Assembly (NCBI GenBank): GCA_965369865.1
Contig: CBDURU010000015.1
Coordinates: 1 to 49,558 of the forward strand
Direction of reading: 5' to 3'
From: an uncultured bacterium
GTDB taxonomy: Bacteria > JAJVIF01 > JAPKYR01
DNA length: 49,558 nucleotides
Part shown: piece by piece, positions 37,968 through 48,871 of the stretch
How positions within the stretch are numbered: the first letter of the stretch is position 1
Layout of the letters: each line of letters opens with the position of its first letter
Translations under genes and position numbers: made by a program
Notes under the pieces: generated by a model
Told to the model about the DNA's origin: nothing
Databases searched by the model: none
What the model saw: only the letters and a program-made list of their open reading frames with translations

Positions 37968-39011
37968 ATGAAAAACATCAGAAAACTAATCATCAGTATT
38001 TTCGTCATCGCGTTCATTCTGGGGATAGCAGGGGTTGTATTCGCCGGTGGAGAGGGGGATTCTTCAGATGATGAAGACGCGACGGTTACAGAGATTACAA
38101 TTAATTCACCTGAGACAGCCGACACCACCGCTGCTTCCGAGGACGAGCCTGAGGCGATCGAAGGGTCGGGACGGCCGCGGTTGGCGGTTCACACATTCGA
38201 GAACCCGCCAAATTACTACAACTCAACGATAGGAAACGGGCTTACGAGTATCCTGATTACGCACCTTACGCAATCCGGCCGTTTCGATGTCATTCAACGC
38301 GGCGAAAATCTGGAATTAATTATCGACGAGATTAGCCTCGGCCAGTCCGGTTATATTGAGGGCGGCACCGAGGTTGAAATGGGGCACGTTCTCGGTGTGG
38401 ATTTCATACTTTCGGGACGCGTGACGAATTTCGGTTACGAGGAACAATCAACAGGCGGGCTGCTCAGGGGGATCGGAGGTTTCGGGGGGTTGGAAATTTC
38501 GAAGGAAGTAGCTAATGTCCGCGTGGATTTCAGCCTTATCGATGCCACCACGGGCACGACAGTCCTTGCCGCTACCGCTGAAGGCAAGGAATCTGAAACC
38601 GGCGTGAGTATTTCCGGCGGGGACTTTGGAAACTGGATTGGGGCTGTCGACTGGGATACGGATGAATTTATGGACTCGATGATCGGTCACGCGACACTGA
38701 GGGCTATCGACATCATGATTAGCCAGATCCTTGAAGAATTTCCGATCCAGGCGCCAATCCAGGCTGTTACGCCGAATTTCCTGATTCTGGGAATCGGTTC
38801 CGGTGCCGGAATTGAAGAGGGTATGGAATTTGATGTTTTCCGGATCACCGCAATCACCAACGATGAGGGTGAAATTGTCTGGGAAGAGAGGACGCCGATC
38901 GGCCGTGTGCAGATTTCGGACGTTGAATTACAGAATTGCAAGGCGATTATTTTATCGGGATCGGGTTTCCAGGAGGGCGACCTTTGCATACTTCCCGAGG
39001 AGGAAGACTAA
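37968..39011 (+). CDS. CsgG/HfaB family protein with FlgT-like C-terminal domain
   Basis: LAV..FEN, SGRF.V..R..L..I..E, G.VT.F, VD..LID.TTG; G...G...G..F.V tail. Confidence 0.8.
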   Translation: MKNIRKLIISIFVIAFILGIAGVVFAGGEGDSSDDEDATVTEITINSPETADTTAASEDEPEAIEGSGRPRLAVHTFENPPNYYNSTIGNGLTSILITHLTQSGRFDVIQRGENLELIIDEISLGQSGYIEGGTEVEMGHVLGVDFILSGRVTNFGYEEQSTGGLLRGIGGFGGLEISKEVANVRVDFSLIDATTGTTVLAATAEGKESETGVSISGGDFGNWIGAVDWDTDEFMDSMIGHATLRAIDIMISQILEEFPIQAPIQAVTPNFLILGIGSGAGIEEGMEFDVFRITAITNDEGEIVWEERTPIGRVQISDVELQNCKAIILSGSGFQEGDLCILPEEED

Positions 39012-39115
39012 ATTCCGGAATCGAGAAATATCAGTACTTTCAGATGAACCTGAATCGTCAGTCGAGATTCGTTATAATATAGTAAAAGAAAATTCCAGGA
39101 TGGTGAAAACATAAA

Positions 39116-39547
39116 ATGCTTCAAAGAACCACACTAATATTACTTGCCGCCATAATCCTGGCAATGTCAGGATGTTTCAGCGATATACTTGACACACAGC
39201 GCGCTAAGGACCGCGATCTCGGGCAAATGACCGAAGATAACCTGACATCCAGCATGGAATTCCTGGACCATATAGTGAGTTTCAACTGGGATAATGGGCC
39301 GGGCAAGTACCGTTGTGTAGTAAAAGATATCGACGACGCACAGAGAGCCGGACGGTTCGCTTACAACGCGATGATCGTTCTTGACGAGAGAAATAACTCC
39401 GTAGTAAAGTCGGGTCGCGATCAGTTCCTGATTACCGGTGTGCAGAACAACGAAACCATATTCGAAGTCCGTTACGGTGTTGGAACGGTCGTACCGCAAG
39501 TCACACTCATGGGCCCGTTCGAGGGTGAAGAGTACAGGCCATTTTAG
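39116..39547 (+). CDS. Hypothetical lipoprotein
   Basis: Lipobox MSGC. Confidence 0.7.
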   Translation: MLQRTTLILLAAIILAMSGCFSDILDTQRAKDRDLGQMTEDNLTSSMEFLDHIVSFNWDNGPGKYRCVVKDIDDAQRAGRFAYNAMIVLDERNNSVVKSGRDQFLITGVQNNETIFEVRYGVGTVVPQVTLMGPFEGEEYRPF

Positions 39548-39614
39548 AAATACGGGAACTGGTACTAAGCCGCGCGAAGTCAGTTAATTTTTCTGGAGGG
39601 ACAAATCTCTCCGT

Positions 39615-39637
39615 GCGCAGCAGGCAACGCCCCTGCA
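39615..39637 (-). repeat. Dispersed copy of the REP-like unit at 1-143
   Basis: Reverse complement TGCAGGGGCGTTGCCTGCTGCGC vs TGTAGGGGCGTTGCTTGCTGCGC, 2 mismatches. Confidence 0.75.
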
Positions 39638-39692
39638 ATATAAAAAATATGTTTCCGCCATTCGCGGTTTTTTTATTTCTCATCTTAATCAT

Positions 39693-39721
39693 AAAAACCC
39701 GTGACAATGTCACGGGTTTTT
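39693..39721. terminator. Bidirectional intrinsic terminator
   Basis: AAAAACCCGTGACA-A-TGTCACGGGTTTTT between convergent genes. Confidence 0.85.
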
Positions 39722-39797
39722 CTTACATCAGTTTGGATTTCAGTTTGATCTCTTGAATTCTAATATTTCTCAGACCGAACCCGGTTTACCGGTTTCT

Positions 39798-42700
39798 TTA
39801 GTAAACTCCCTTGTTCTGGAGGTCGTGACGGAACATCGGCCACGGGCTGATACCAACGGTGGTGAAATCCGCGGTGATTACCGTCACGTTACCATCGAAA
39901 CCGCCCCACACGATTTCCACGTCTCCATCGCCATCTATATCTGCAACAGCCGGGGATGAATCGATCCAGTCATTTGTTAAATAATTGAATAAAAGTTGAC
40001 CGGAGCTGCCGTCGAGTACATAAAGGTATCCATCGTCGGATCCGATTATTACATCCGCTGTACCGTCAGCGGTCAGGTCGACCATCGCTGCGGATGACCA
40101 GATCCTGTCCATCGACGGGAACGACCAGATCTCCGTTCCGGTCGCACCATCTATTGCGTATACGCTGGATGAATCGGCACCGAGTACAATATCCGGAATC
40201 CCGTCGCCGTTGAGCTGCGCGATTGACGGACTGGTCCAGATATATGATCCGGTCGAATACGGCGCAAGCCAGATTTCAATCCCACTCACGCCATCAAGCG
40301 CGTAAATATTTCCGTCCATACCCGCGATAATGGTGTCGGGTACCAGGTCGCCGTTTAAGTTAGCGAGTGCAGGGGATGAATTAATCCATCCTCCTATTGT
40401 GAAATGCCATATTTCAAGTCCGGTGATTCCATTGATCGCGTATACGTTGCCATCGCGACTGGCGATTATTATGTCATCTACAAGATCACCACTTATATCG
40501 GCACTTGCGGGGGATGCGAAAATCCCCAGGCCTGTCGGGAATGTCCAGATCGGACTCCCATCGATACCGTCGAACGCGTACACAACACCATCGCCTCCAC
40601 CAAGGATTACATCGGGATGGAAATCGCCGGAGATGTTGGCTAGTGTCGGGGATGAGACGAACCCGGCAGCGGTTGGAGTACTCCATATCTCAGCCCCGGT
40701 AGCGCCGTCGAGACAATAGACATTGAAGTCAATGCCTCCGAAAATTATGTCGGGAGTGCTGTCGCTCCCGCCCATATCATGAACGGCTGCCGAACATATG
40801 ACCCAGCTTCCGGTCCCGAATGACCAGAGAATCGATCCATTGCTGCCGTCATAGGCGACCATGTTGTTTGACTGGTCGCCGATTACCACATCAAGTATTG
40901 TATCGCCGTTCAAGTCGACAAGCGCAGGGCTTGCCTGGACAACCGCACCGGTCGGGACAAACCACCAAACTTCCGGATTTACCATCGGGGTTCCCGACAG
41001 TTCGACAGTGTTCTGGTCTTCATGGCCGTATACATCAACCGCACGGACGGCAACCCAGTAAGTCTGCTGGTTCAATAACGGGAACAGAATGGTCGGACTT
41101 CCATCGGGGTCGTCAACATAGGGTGCCGTGCCGAAGTCGATTGGGGATGTTTCAGAGTAATAAACCCTGTAGGAAACAGGCAGATCGATATCGGATGCGG
41201 TTCCATAATAGACGGTTAACTGCTGATAGTCGACCTCGATACTCTGGACGCCCACGGTGTCATCCCAGATCGGCGCCGGGTTTGGTATGGTGGACAATTC
41301 AACCGTATTCATTTCCATTATTCCCATGCTGTCCTCGGCGCGAACGGCAAAGAAATACGGGACATAGTTATCGAGATCCAGGACGACGTATGAATTCAAG
41401 TCCTGAGTAGTTTCAAAATCCGCCGTGTCGAAATCAATCGGCGTCGTTGTTGAATAGTAAATGTAGTATGTGATCGGCAGGTCATCGTCGACGGCGGTGC
41501 CGTAATTTACCGTCACCTGGTGATCGAACGGGATCAGCGATTGAACGCCGACTTCACCATCCAGCCATGTTGGAGCGGAATTGGGAATACCCGGAAGCTC
41601 TACCGTATTGGTTTCCTCGTCGTCACCAGCATCCGCTGCGCGTACGGCAAAATAATAGGTCTGTTCATTCGTAAGGTCAATGATAGTGTGCGGTGAGCCA
41701 TCGAAGTCCTGTTCCATATCGGCGCTGCCGAAATCGATCGGCGTTGAATCTGAATAATATACGTTGTAATGGACCGGAAGATCGATGTCGGTCGCGGTTC
41801 CGAAAGTAACTGTTACCGTTCCGTTACCCGGGATCGTCGATTGAATTCCAACGGTATCATCCCATTCAGGGGGACCGTTTGGAGTACCCGGAAGTTCGTT
41901 TGTATTTTGATCCTCGCTCCCGAAACCATCCATTGCCCGGACCGCGAAGTAATACTCCTGGAAGTTGGTTAGATCAATGACAACGTGAGGAGAGGCGGGG
42001 ACATTGACAACATCGGCGGTGGCGAAATCGATCGGAGTCGCATCGGACCAGTAAACGTTATAAGTTACAGGCGTCTGAGGATCATAAGCTTCACCGAACT
42101 GGACTTCCATTGCCTTGTCCATTGGAACCACACCGGTAATACCTATCGTGTCGATCCATTCGGGCGGATTCGATGGAATACCGAAGAGTTGCTGAAGGTT
42201 CTTTTCTTCCGCGCCAAAAGCGTCAACCGCCCGCACTCCGACGTAATAGGTTATATCGTCTGAGAGACCATCAAGGGTATAGGGCGAACCATCGCCATCA
42301 TTTACATAACTTGCGGTTGTCCATTCGATCGGCGTGTCTTCAGAATAATAAATATTGTATGTAACAGGTACATCGCTGTCGGTGGCATTCCCATAAATTA
42401 CTTCGAGTCCGCCTGCGACAGGGTTAAGGTCGGTAATACCGGTCGTGTTATCCCATACCGGCGGCCAGTTATCGCACGGGTCGACATTAAACGTAAAGAA
42501 ATCGTAAGTATCGAAATCCGTGTCTTCACTGGACGCTGTGAACCAGAGTCTGTATTCGCCGGCTGTTGCCATCCAGTCGGTGTTATTAAGGAAAGTACGG
42601 TAGGTCTGGTTGATGACATGCTCCATGACGATAATTTCACCGCCGATGGGTGTGAGATCGACTGTCAGGCCGGTCGCGTTGATCTGCCAGTCATACATAT

Positions 42701-43466
42701 CGGCATACAGCCAGCCTTCCGCGGAATTGCACTCGTTGAATCCTCCATCAAGGTATTCATCATTAATCAGGTAGACCTCTTCCTGGTTCGAGGGAAGACT
42801 GCAGTCGAAAACAAAACTAAAGGCAAGATTCTTGGGCGGGGGGAAGTAAAAGTCCATCTGTGCATAATGAGTTTCAAGGGGACCGAATGCCCTCTGCGGT
42901 TTTTCAATTGCAAACGCCTGGTACGGACTGATTACATCATCCGCGAATATCTTTGTGAAACCCTCCGCATTGACCAGTTCCCGGTTGTCACCCTCGGGGA
43001 AAAGAATTGTCGCCTTCATGTCAAAAACGGTTACCTGCACTGTCGGATTCAGCAAACTAATCATTATCGAGAGGATATGGGTTTCGGGATCGTTTGAAAT
43101 AAGCTCGACTCCGAAACAGTTCGAACATGACGGCGGCAGTAGAAATTTGGTTACATCGAGATGTATTTCAAGTTCACGGTTTGGGAGCATGGTTACTTCC
43201 CATGTTTCCAGGTCGATAACGACATCGAAAACTCCAAGTACCAGTCGATCATCCCTATTAATAAGGTCGATCTCAGATTGACCTGTCAGGCCTGGGGAAT
43301 CGTTGCTTGCATTGTCATCAGCGGGACCTGTCGTACCCGTGTCGGAAAATTCGGACGGGATTTCCGCACCAGGGGTAACCGGGGAAGAACCACCACCACA
43401 ACCGATTATAGAAAAGACGAGAAACGTTGCGACCAGTATGGCCGGAAAAACGGTATGCCGATTCAT
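39798..43466 (-). CDS. Large lipoprotein: conserved N-terminal domain + five FN3-like repeats + FG-GAP/PQQ-like beta-propeller
   Basis: Lipobox IIGC; repeats P.W....GI...Y.IYYS...PIDF...YYFAVRA.D; SSPA.AD..GD...D.....DG.VYA.DG..G..IW. Confidence 0.88.
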   Translation of the reverse strand: MNRHTVFPAILVATFLVFSIIGCGGGSSPVTPGAEIPSEFSDTGTTGPADDNASNDSPGLTGQSEIDLINRDDRLVLGVFDVVIDLETWEVTMLPNRELEIHLDVTKFLLPPSCSNCFGVELISNDPETHILSIMISLLNPTVQVTVFDMKATILFPEGDNRELVNAEGFTKIFADDVISPYQAFAIEKPQRAFGPLETHYAQMDFYFPPPKNLAFSFVFDCSLPSNQEEVYLINDEYLDGGFNECNSAEGWLYADMYDWQINATGLTVDLTPIGGEIIVMEHVINQTYRTFLNNTDWMATAGEYRLWFTASSEDTDFDTYDFFTFNVDPCDNWPPVWDNTTGITDLNPVAGGLEVIYGNATDSDVPVTYNIYYSEDTPIEWTTASYVNDGDGSPYTLDGLSDDITYYVGVRAVDAFGAEEKNLQQLFGIPSNPPEWIDTIGITGVVPMDKAMEVQFGEAYDPQTPVTYNVYWSDATPIDFATADVVNVPASPHVVIDLTNFQEYYFAVRAMDGFGSEDQNTNELPGTPNGPPEWDDTVGIQSTIPGNGTVTVTFGTATDIDLPVHYNVYYSDSTPIDFGSADMEQDFDGSPHTIIDLTNEQTYYFAVRAADAGDDEETNTVELPGIPNSAPTWLDGEVGVQSLIPFDHQVTVNYGTAVDDDLPITYYIYYSTTTPIDFDTADFETTQDLNSYVVLDLDNYVPYFFAVRAEDSMGIMEMNTVELSTIPNPAPIWDDTVGVQSIEVDYQQLTVYYGTASDIDLPVSYRVYYSETSPIDFGTAPYVDDPDGSPTILFPLLNQQTYWVAVRAVDVYGHEDQNTVELSGTPMVNPEVWWFVPTGAVVQASPALVDLNGDTILDVVIGDQSNNMVAYDGSNGSILWSFGTGSWVICSAAVHDMGGSDSTPDIIFGGIDFNVYCLDGATGAEIWSTPTAAGFVSSPTLANISGDFHPDVILGGGDGVVYAFDGIDGSPIWTFPTGLGIFASPASADISGDLVDDIIIASRDGNVYAINGITGLEIWHFTIGGWINSSPALANLNGDLVPDTIIAGMDGNIYALDGVSGIEIWLAPYSTGSYIWTSPSIAQLNGDGIPDIVLGADSSSVYAIDGATGTEIWSFPSMDRIWSSAAMVDLTADGTADVIIGSDDGYLYVLDGSSGQLLFNYLTNDWIDSSPAVADIDGDGDVEIVWGGFDGNVTVITADFTTVGISPWPMFRHDLQNKGVY

Positions 43467-43638
43467 TCGTACACCTTCGTTATGTGAGAGAATTTTTTAT
43501 TCCACCGAAAAACGTTCGTTCTAAGTTAAATGGATAACTTACATATGGTATCACAGGCGTTGAAATTCAGCAACGCCTGACGTTTAGTTAGATGCCTTCC
43601 GGCTGGGTTGCTTTCGGGATTCCCGGAACTGGCATCCG

Positions 43639-43674
43639 AAAAAAAAGTAACCCCCACCGAAGTGGGGGGTTTTT
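43639..43674 (-). terminator. Intrinsic terminator of the 43709-48682 gene
   Basis: On - strand CCCCCAC-UUCG-GUGGGGG then U tract. Confidence 0.8.
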
Positions 43675-43708
43675 ATTTCATCTGAGTTAATTGTTATTAA
43701 ATTTCCTG

Positions 43709-46700
43709 TTACCACGCACCCGGTGTTTCCCACCACTGGAGGGTAAAGGTTAAAGGCATTAACAAGTTACGGGTCCAGGGGTCGGGGTCGACATTGATCG
43801 CGAATGCGGGTGACGGTTCCATATAAGCTTCCCTGTCAAGTTCTGTAAGGGTTTCATCGAAACGCACCAGCTCGGCTGTCGTGTCGGCAAGCCGTGCGTA
43901 AACCAGCATACGGCATACCTCGTCAGCTCCATCCACGTGGTCGATATCTATATCTCCCCACATTGCGAATCCGGCGAATCCGGTAAGGCCCGGAATGGAA
44001 TAATCGATCGGCTGGCTGTAAATCCCGCCGCCAAATGATGATTCAAAAACCGCGGGACCGCCAGGCGGGATACTGTAGACATGGATATCGCCATCCAATG
44101 TTAACCCGGCTTCAAAGATATAAAGCTTCTCGGAGGCGTTATTAATAGCGATGTCGAAAATGTCATCCTCCGATCCGACAACCAGGGAAATTGGGGTTAT
44201 TGATCCTAATTCTGGTAAATATGTCGGATCTCCTGGAATTGAGTATGGCTGATACGTAAACTTCATCAGGTAAAAGTCGGGAATGCCGATGATATTTTCC
44301 CTGTAGACTGCCCAGAAATCGCCATTAGACATAACATCGATTGCAGTCCAGGTAATATCCGGGTCTCCTGAATCAAGGAAATCGATGAAAGGATTTCCGG
44401 TCAGGGTGTTGGATGCAAGAACCTTGATCAAATGCGGGTCCTGCTGGGTGACGAGGAGCATCCTGCCTTCGGGGCTCGGATCGGCGTCGAGACTTAACAC
44501 CGTATCGTCCTTCTGGAGATCGTAGATATTTGAAAGCGGGACAATCGGCGGGATATTCGAATCCGCATCAAAGAGCCCCAGATGGCGTTCGTCGATCTGT
44601 ACCAGTGCTTTGCCCTGGATGATACCCGGGACACCCCCCTCCACAAAAGCGATATCCGCGCGCGGGAGTACACTCATTCCGGCGATAGAGTAACCGCTCG
44701 GGGTAAGTGTTCCCGCGTATGTATGAGCATCGGTGTTGGCGCAAAGCGCGACCGCCACGTCCAGTGAAGAGGTCGCGTCCACGGGTCCATAACCATCGTC
44801 AACCTGGGCGCTTATTGTCCATAGTCCCGTACCGTAACCGGACCAGACGATATTAACTTCGTCAACCGGTGTGAAAATGGTGTATGAAGGCGGATCGCCG
44901 AATGGTACCACCGACCATGCGTAAACAAGCGTCTGGCCGGGATCGCAGTCATATGTTGGCGGATCGAGATAGTAGTTGTTGATTTCAGAAACACTTGTAA
45001 TTGTCGGACCGTTCACCGAGCCGACCTCTGGCGGGGTGTTGAGCCTCTGGACGGTCAGCTTGATGCCCTGGACCGCTATTAATCCATCATTGGCTTCCAG
45101 GTTCACATCGTAATCCCCTACCGGGTATGCGGACCAGTTAATATCGATTGAATAGTCAAGATTTGATGGAATAATGAAATTTTCGGGATCACCGCTCGGG
45201 ACAACACTCCATGTAACGGTCAGGGTTTGGGTGGTGTCCAGGTCCTCAACCGGGGCAGTGTAATGCGCGGATGTATCATAGCAATCTACAGCTAATGGAC
45301 CATCAACATTACCGACTGTGGGAATCGTATTCACCCTGTCGACACCAATTGCAAGTCCTTCAGTAATGTCAACCCCATCTGAAACCTGAACATTAATATC
45401 ATAGAGGCCCAGATCATATCCCGACCAGTCGATAGAAACATCTCCGCCACCGAGATCGGGAATTATGTAGTTCGCCGGAACTCCGTTCGGTACGACACTC
45501 CACAAAATTGTGAGTGTCTGGAATGTATCAGGATCGGAGATAGTGCTCGTGTAATGTGTATCGACGTCACTGCCGTTCACAGTTAATTTGCCTGATATTG
45601 GACCTACGTCCGGAGGAATATTGACTTTGGTAACATCAATCGGCCCGCAGGTCGCCGATTCGAAACCATCGGAAACCTCGACCGAAACATCGTAATCACC
45701 GAGCTGGTAGGACGACCAGTCGTAATCAACCGATCCATCGGGATTCGCCGGGACATCGAAAATCGGAGGTGTGCCGTCAGGACGGAAGCTCCAGTTAATG
45801 GTGTGCGATTGAAGTGTATCGATATCGCTGTACGATAAATCGTAATGTGCGGATGTCATGGTTGAATCAACGAGCGTCAACCCATCGCAGCTTGAAATTG
45901 TTGGTGCTGAATTTTCAATTGTTACCAGCCAGGGAATTCCCTCGACCGGCGGATTGTTGCCATCGTCCAACTGAACATTTATTTCGTAATCGCCAAGGGC
46001 AAGATGCGTAGACCAATCGACTGTGAGGGGATCGCCTTCAACTCCCGGAATTACGTAGTTATGCATGTCGCCGAATGGAACGACACTCCAGAACACTGTC
46101 AGAGGATCACCTTCGGGATCGGTCATTGAGCACGTATAATCAATGGCTGTGTCAGAATGTGTTACGTGCGTAGGACCACTGATAGGCCCAACTTCCGGTG
46201 ATTGATTATCGTACTTGGTTACGGTCAGATGTGTTCCTTCGACCGATACAAAACCATCGTTCACCTGGCAGTTTACATCATAGTCATCATCGGGATACAA
46301 CAACCAGTCGTGCAGCAATGATTTGTCCGGCTCCGCTGGAATTGTGTATATCGGCAGAGTTCCGGTTGGAACAACTGACCACATTGCCGTCAAAATCTGG
46401 TCGGGGTCAATATCAGAGATCGGTTCTGCTGAATATGGTGCTGCGGTATCATCCGAGGTAACCACTGTCGGACCGGTTACCGTTCCAACCTCTGGTGCGG
46501 TGTTTTCCTTGGTAACTATAAGGGGATTACCTGTTCCGACATCCATTCCATCGTCGGCCTGCTTATTCACACTGTAGATGTTAACCGGATATGTTGACCA
46601 GTCAATGTCGATTGACCCATCCGGATTCGAAGGCAGTGAGAAATCTTCAGGATCGCCGTCGGGTACAACACTCCACATGAATGTCAGGGTCTGGGTTGTG

Positions 46701-48682
46701 TCCGGATCGGATGCATCCGCCTGGTAATTTTCAGATGTATTAAGGCTTAATACAAGATCAAGGCCGGTCACATCCTCAACTGTAGGTGGAGTATTGGAAT
46801 GATGGATAAATACGAACGTACCGGTTACCGTTACATACCCGTCGAATACCTCCACATTGATATTGTAGTCTCCAGGCTCAATTGTTGAAAAATCAAGGGT
46901 AACAGAGCCGTCTCCCGGATCTCCGGGAATCGAAAAGTCTTCCGGGTCGCCATCCGGTACGAAACTCCATGTGTATGTCAATGTCTGTCCGACATCAGGA
47001 TCGTATGCAATTATAGAATAGTTAGCTGCTGTATCAGCCGCGGTTACTTCGGTGAGACCCTCGATATCGCCGAGTACAGGATCGGTATTTCCGACAAGAA
47101 CATCAAGAATCGGTGCCGGAACCGGGGTGTTTATTGAATCTGAAACATTGCAGGAAATCGTGTAGTTATCGAAACCAAGAGTACTCCAGTCGATATCGAT
47201 CGTACCGTCCCCGTTACCCGGATCGTCCGTGATCGGTGTGTCCTCGACAGTCCATAAGTACGTAAGGTCATCGCCATCAGGGTCAATCGCCGTCACGGAA
47301 TATGTCTTTATTTCGAGACCCGGACTCGCTTCACCATCGATTCCCGCCGTGATCTGTGGCGGCAGGTTGGGTTTCACATCTCCTACCTCCGCTGAGAACA
47401 GGCATCCTGATACAAGGGCCTCAGCCGGCATTACAGGGGTGTATCCCAGTGGATCGGAATCCTCAATCCAGATCATATACTCAACTGGGTCGTTGGATGT
47501 GATCGCGCTGGCTGCGGGAACCATGGTGAGTTGATACACGGCATGGTCTCCCTCATCCGATACGAAAATCGCCTCGGTCCCGTCGAATAATCCCGGCCAT
47601 TCACCTGATACACTTACGACTGTACCACCCGGCTCGGTAGCCGGTAACGGACCCTGCCAGTCGTAAACATCCACGTTCAGGACAAGCTGGCCGCCGGACT
47701 CTCCGGTACCTTCGAGGTAGTAAAGTTCGTTCAGCATTTCATCCACTGTAACCAGCCATGCTTCCGACTGGTTGGCTTCGATCGGGAAATCATCCGGAAG
47801 ATTCTCCGGCGGATTGGGGTTCGGGACTGCCCAGCTCACATCGATCGCATAATTGAAAATCATCGTTGACGGAAAGTCGGGAACCCAGAACTTGAAATGC
47901 CTCAGGTTGGTATTGCCGGCCTCGAATAAGCCCCTGTTCGAGGGGTCGAGATCCGCCAGGGGAGCATCCTTATCAAGGCCATCTGCAAAGTATTTGAAAC
48001 CGTTCATCGTTGATGTCAGGTTCCAGACATCATGTTTGAATCCGAGGGCGCCATCGACATATGAGAAGAAAGTGTCGCCGGGAAATTCTGTGGGATTCCA
48101 CCATCGTGTGTACCCATCCGCATTCATGAGGCGCATTTCATCCAGGGAGGACATAATTATGGCGGGATTTGAGAATCCGCCCAGCGTCCCTTTTGTGATT
48201 ATAATTGCCCTCATATCGAATCCTGAGAATTGGCACAGCCCTTCCAATGGATGATAAATGCTCATATCCAGATCAAGCTCAGTCTGATCGACATTCCAGG
48301 TGAATCCGCTGGCGAGCTGAAAATGTCCGTACTCACCACCCGGCTCAAGGAGCTTGATTATGTTCAGATGAACATTTGACGCTCGCATGGGGATAACTTC
48401 CATTGTTTCGGCAAGCGGGTCAATAATTACATGATAGAGTCCCCATAATGTATGGTTCTTGCCATTGGTAATCCCTTCAAACGGATCCACAACATTATCT
48501 GTTAAGCCCGGTTCCTCATCAGTGAGATCCTCTCCCTGACGATCTTCCTCATTACCGGGAGATGTTAATCCTGGAGGGGTATTCTGAATGCCGGGCTGCG
48601 TGGGATCTCCACCGCCTCCGGAACATCCAACTGCCATTCCAATCAGAAACAGCAGAAATACAAGAGATGAAATTCGGCGCAT
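43709..48682 (-). CDS. Giant lipoprotein: conserved N-terminal domain + nine ~98-aa PKD/Ig-like repeats
   Basis: AAGGAG RBS before ATG 48682; lipobox AVGC; repeats N..P.VG...G...DPD..QTLT..WSVVP.G...IDWS.Y....Y.IN....DG. Confidence 0.88.
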   Translation of the reverse strand: MRRISSLVFLLFLIGMAVGCSGGGGDPTQPGIQNTPPGLTSPGNEEDRQGEDLTDEEPGLTDNVVDPFEGITNGKNHTLWGLYHVIIDPLAETMEVIPMRASNVHLNIIKLLEPGGEYGHFQLASGFTWNVDQTELDLDMSIYHPLEGLCQFSGFDMRAIIITKGTLGGFSNPAIIMSSLDEMRLMNADGYTRWWNPTEFPGDTFFSYVDGALGFKHDVWNLTSTMNGFKYFADGLDKDAPLADLDPSNRGLFEAGNTNLRHFKFWVPDFPSTMIFNYAIDVSWAVPNPNPPENLPDDFPIEANQSEAWLVTVDEMLNELYYLEGTGESGGQLVLNVDVYDWQGPLPATEPGGTVVSVSGEWPGLFDGTEAIFVSDEGDHAVYQLTMVPAASAITSNDPVEYMIWIEDSDPLGYTPVMPAEALVSGCLFSAEVGDVKPNLPPQITAGIDGEASPGLEIKTYSVTAIDPDGDDLTYLWTVEDTPITDDPGNGDGTIDIDWSTLGFDNYTISCNVSDSINTPVPAPILDVLVGNTDPVLGDIEGLTEVTAADTAANYSIIAYDPDVGQTLTYTWSFVPDGDPEDFSIPGDPGDGSVTLDFSTIEPGDYNINVEVFDGYVTVTGTFVFIHHSNTPPTVEDVTGLDLVLSLNTSENYQADASDPDTTQTLTFMWSVVPDGDPEDFSLPSNPDGSIDIDWSTYPVNIYSVNKQADDGMDVGTGNPLIVTKENTAPEVGTVTGPTVVTSDDTAAPYSAEPISDIDPDQILTAMWSVVPTGTLPIYTIPAEPDKSLLHDWLLYPDDDYDVNCQVNDGFVSVEGTHLTVTKYDNQSPEVGPISGPTHVTHSDTAIDYTCSMTDPEGDPLTVFWSVVPFGDMHNYVIPGVEGDPLTVDWSTHLALGDYEINVQLDDGNNPPVEGIPWLVTIENSAPTISSCDGLTLVDSTMTSAHYDLSYSDIDTLQSHTINWSFRPDGTPPIFDVPANPDGSVDYDWSSYQLGDYDVSVEVSDGFESATCGPIDVTKVNIPPDVGPISGKLTVNGSDVDTHYTSTISDPDTFQTLTILWSVVPNGVPANYIIPDLGGGDVSIDWSGYDLGLYDINVQVSDGVDITEGLAIGVDRVNTIPTVGNVDGPLAVDCYDTSAHYTAPVEDLDTTQTLTVTWSVVPSGDPENFIIPSNLDYSIDINWSAYPVGDYDVNLEANDGLIAVQGIKLTVQRLNTPPEVGSVNGPTITSVSEINNYYLDPPTYDCDPGQTLVYAWSVVPFGDPPSYTIFTPVDEVNIVWSGYGTGLWTISAQVDDGYGPVDATSSLDVAVALCANTDAHTYAGTLTPSGYSIAGMSVLPRADIAFVEGGVPGIIQGKALVQIDERHLGLFDADSNIPPIVPLSNIYDLQKDDTVLSLDADPSPEGRMLLVTQQDPHLIKVLASNTLTGNPFIDFLDSGDPDITWTAIDVMSNGDFWAVYRENIIGIPDFYLMKFTYQPYSIPGDPTYLPELGSITPISLVVGSEDDIFDIAINNASEKLYIFEAGLTLDGDIHVYSIPPGGPAVFESSFGGGIYSQPIDYSIPGLTGFAGFAMWGDIDIDHVDGADEVCRMLVYARLADTTAELVRFDETLTELDREAYMEPSPAFAINVDPDPWTRNLLMPLTFTLQWWETPGAW

Positions 48683-48871
48683 AGGTATGCACTCCTTATC
48701 TATACGAACCCTGAGAGAGTCCGGATTTGGTCCACCTAACAAATGTTTGACTAATTATCTGGAACTTTATAAACATTATTATATTAAAAATACTGTAAAA
48801 AATCCAAGAAAATAGAGCTATATGAATCTCCACCTGTTTAGATTACGTTTGAGACTGTTTTGATAGTGTGA

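Noticed and set aside
28954..48682. Diversity-generating retroelement acting on the large lipoproteins
   Set aside because: No reverse transcriptase and no template/variable repeat pair noticed in the window
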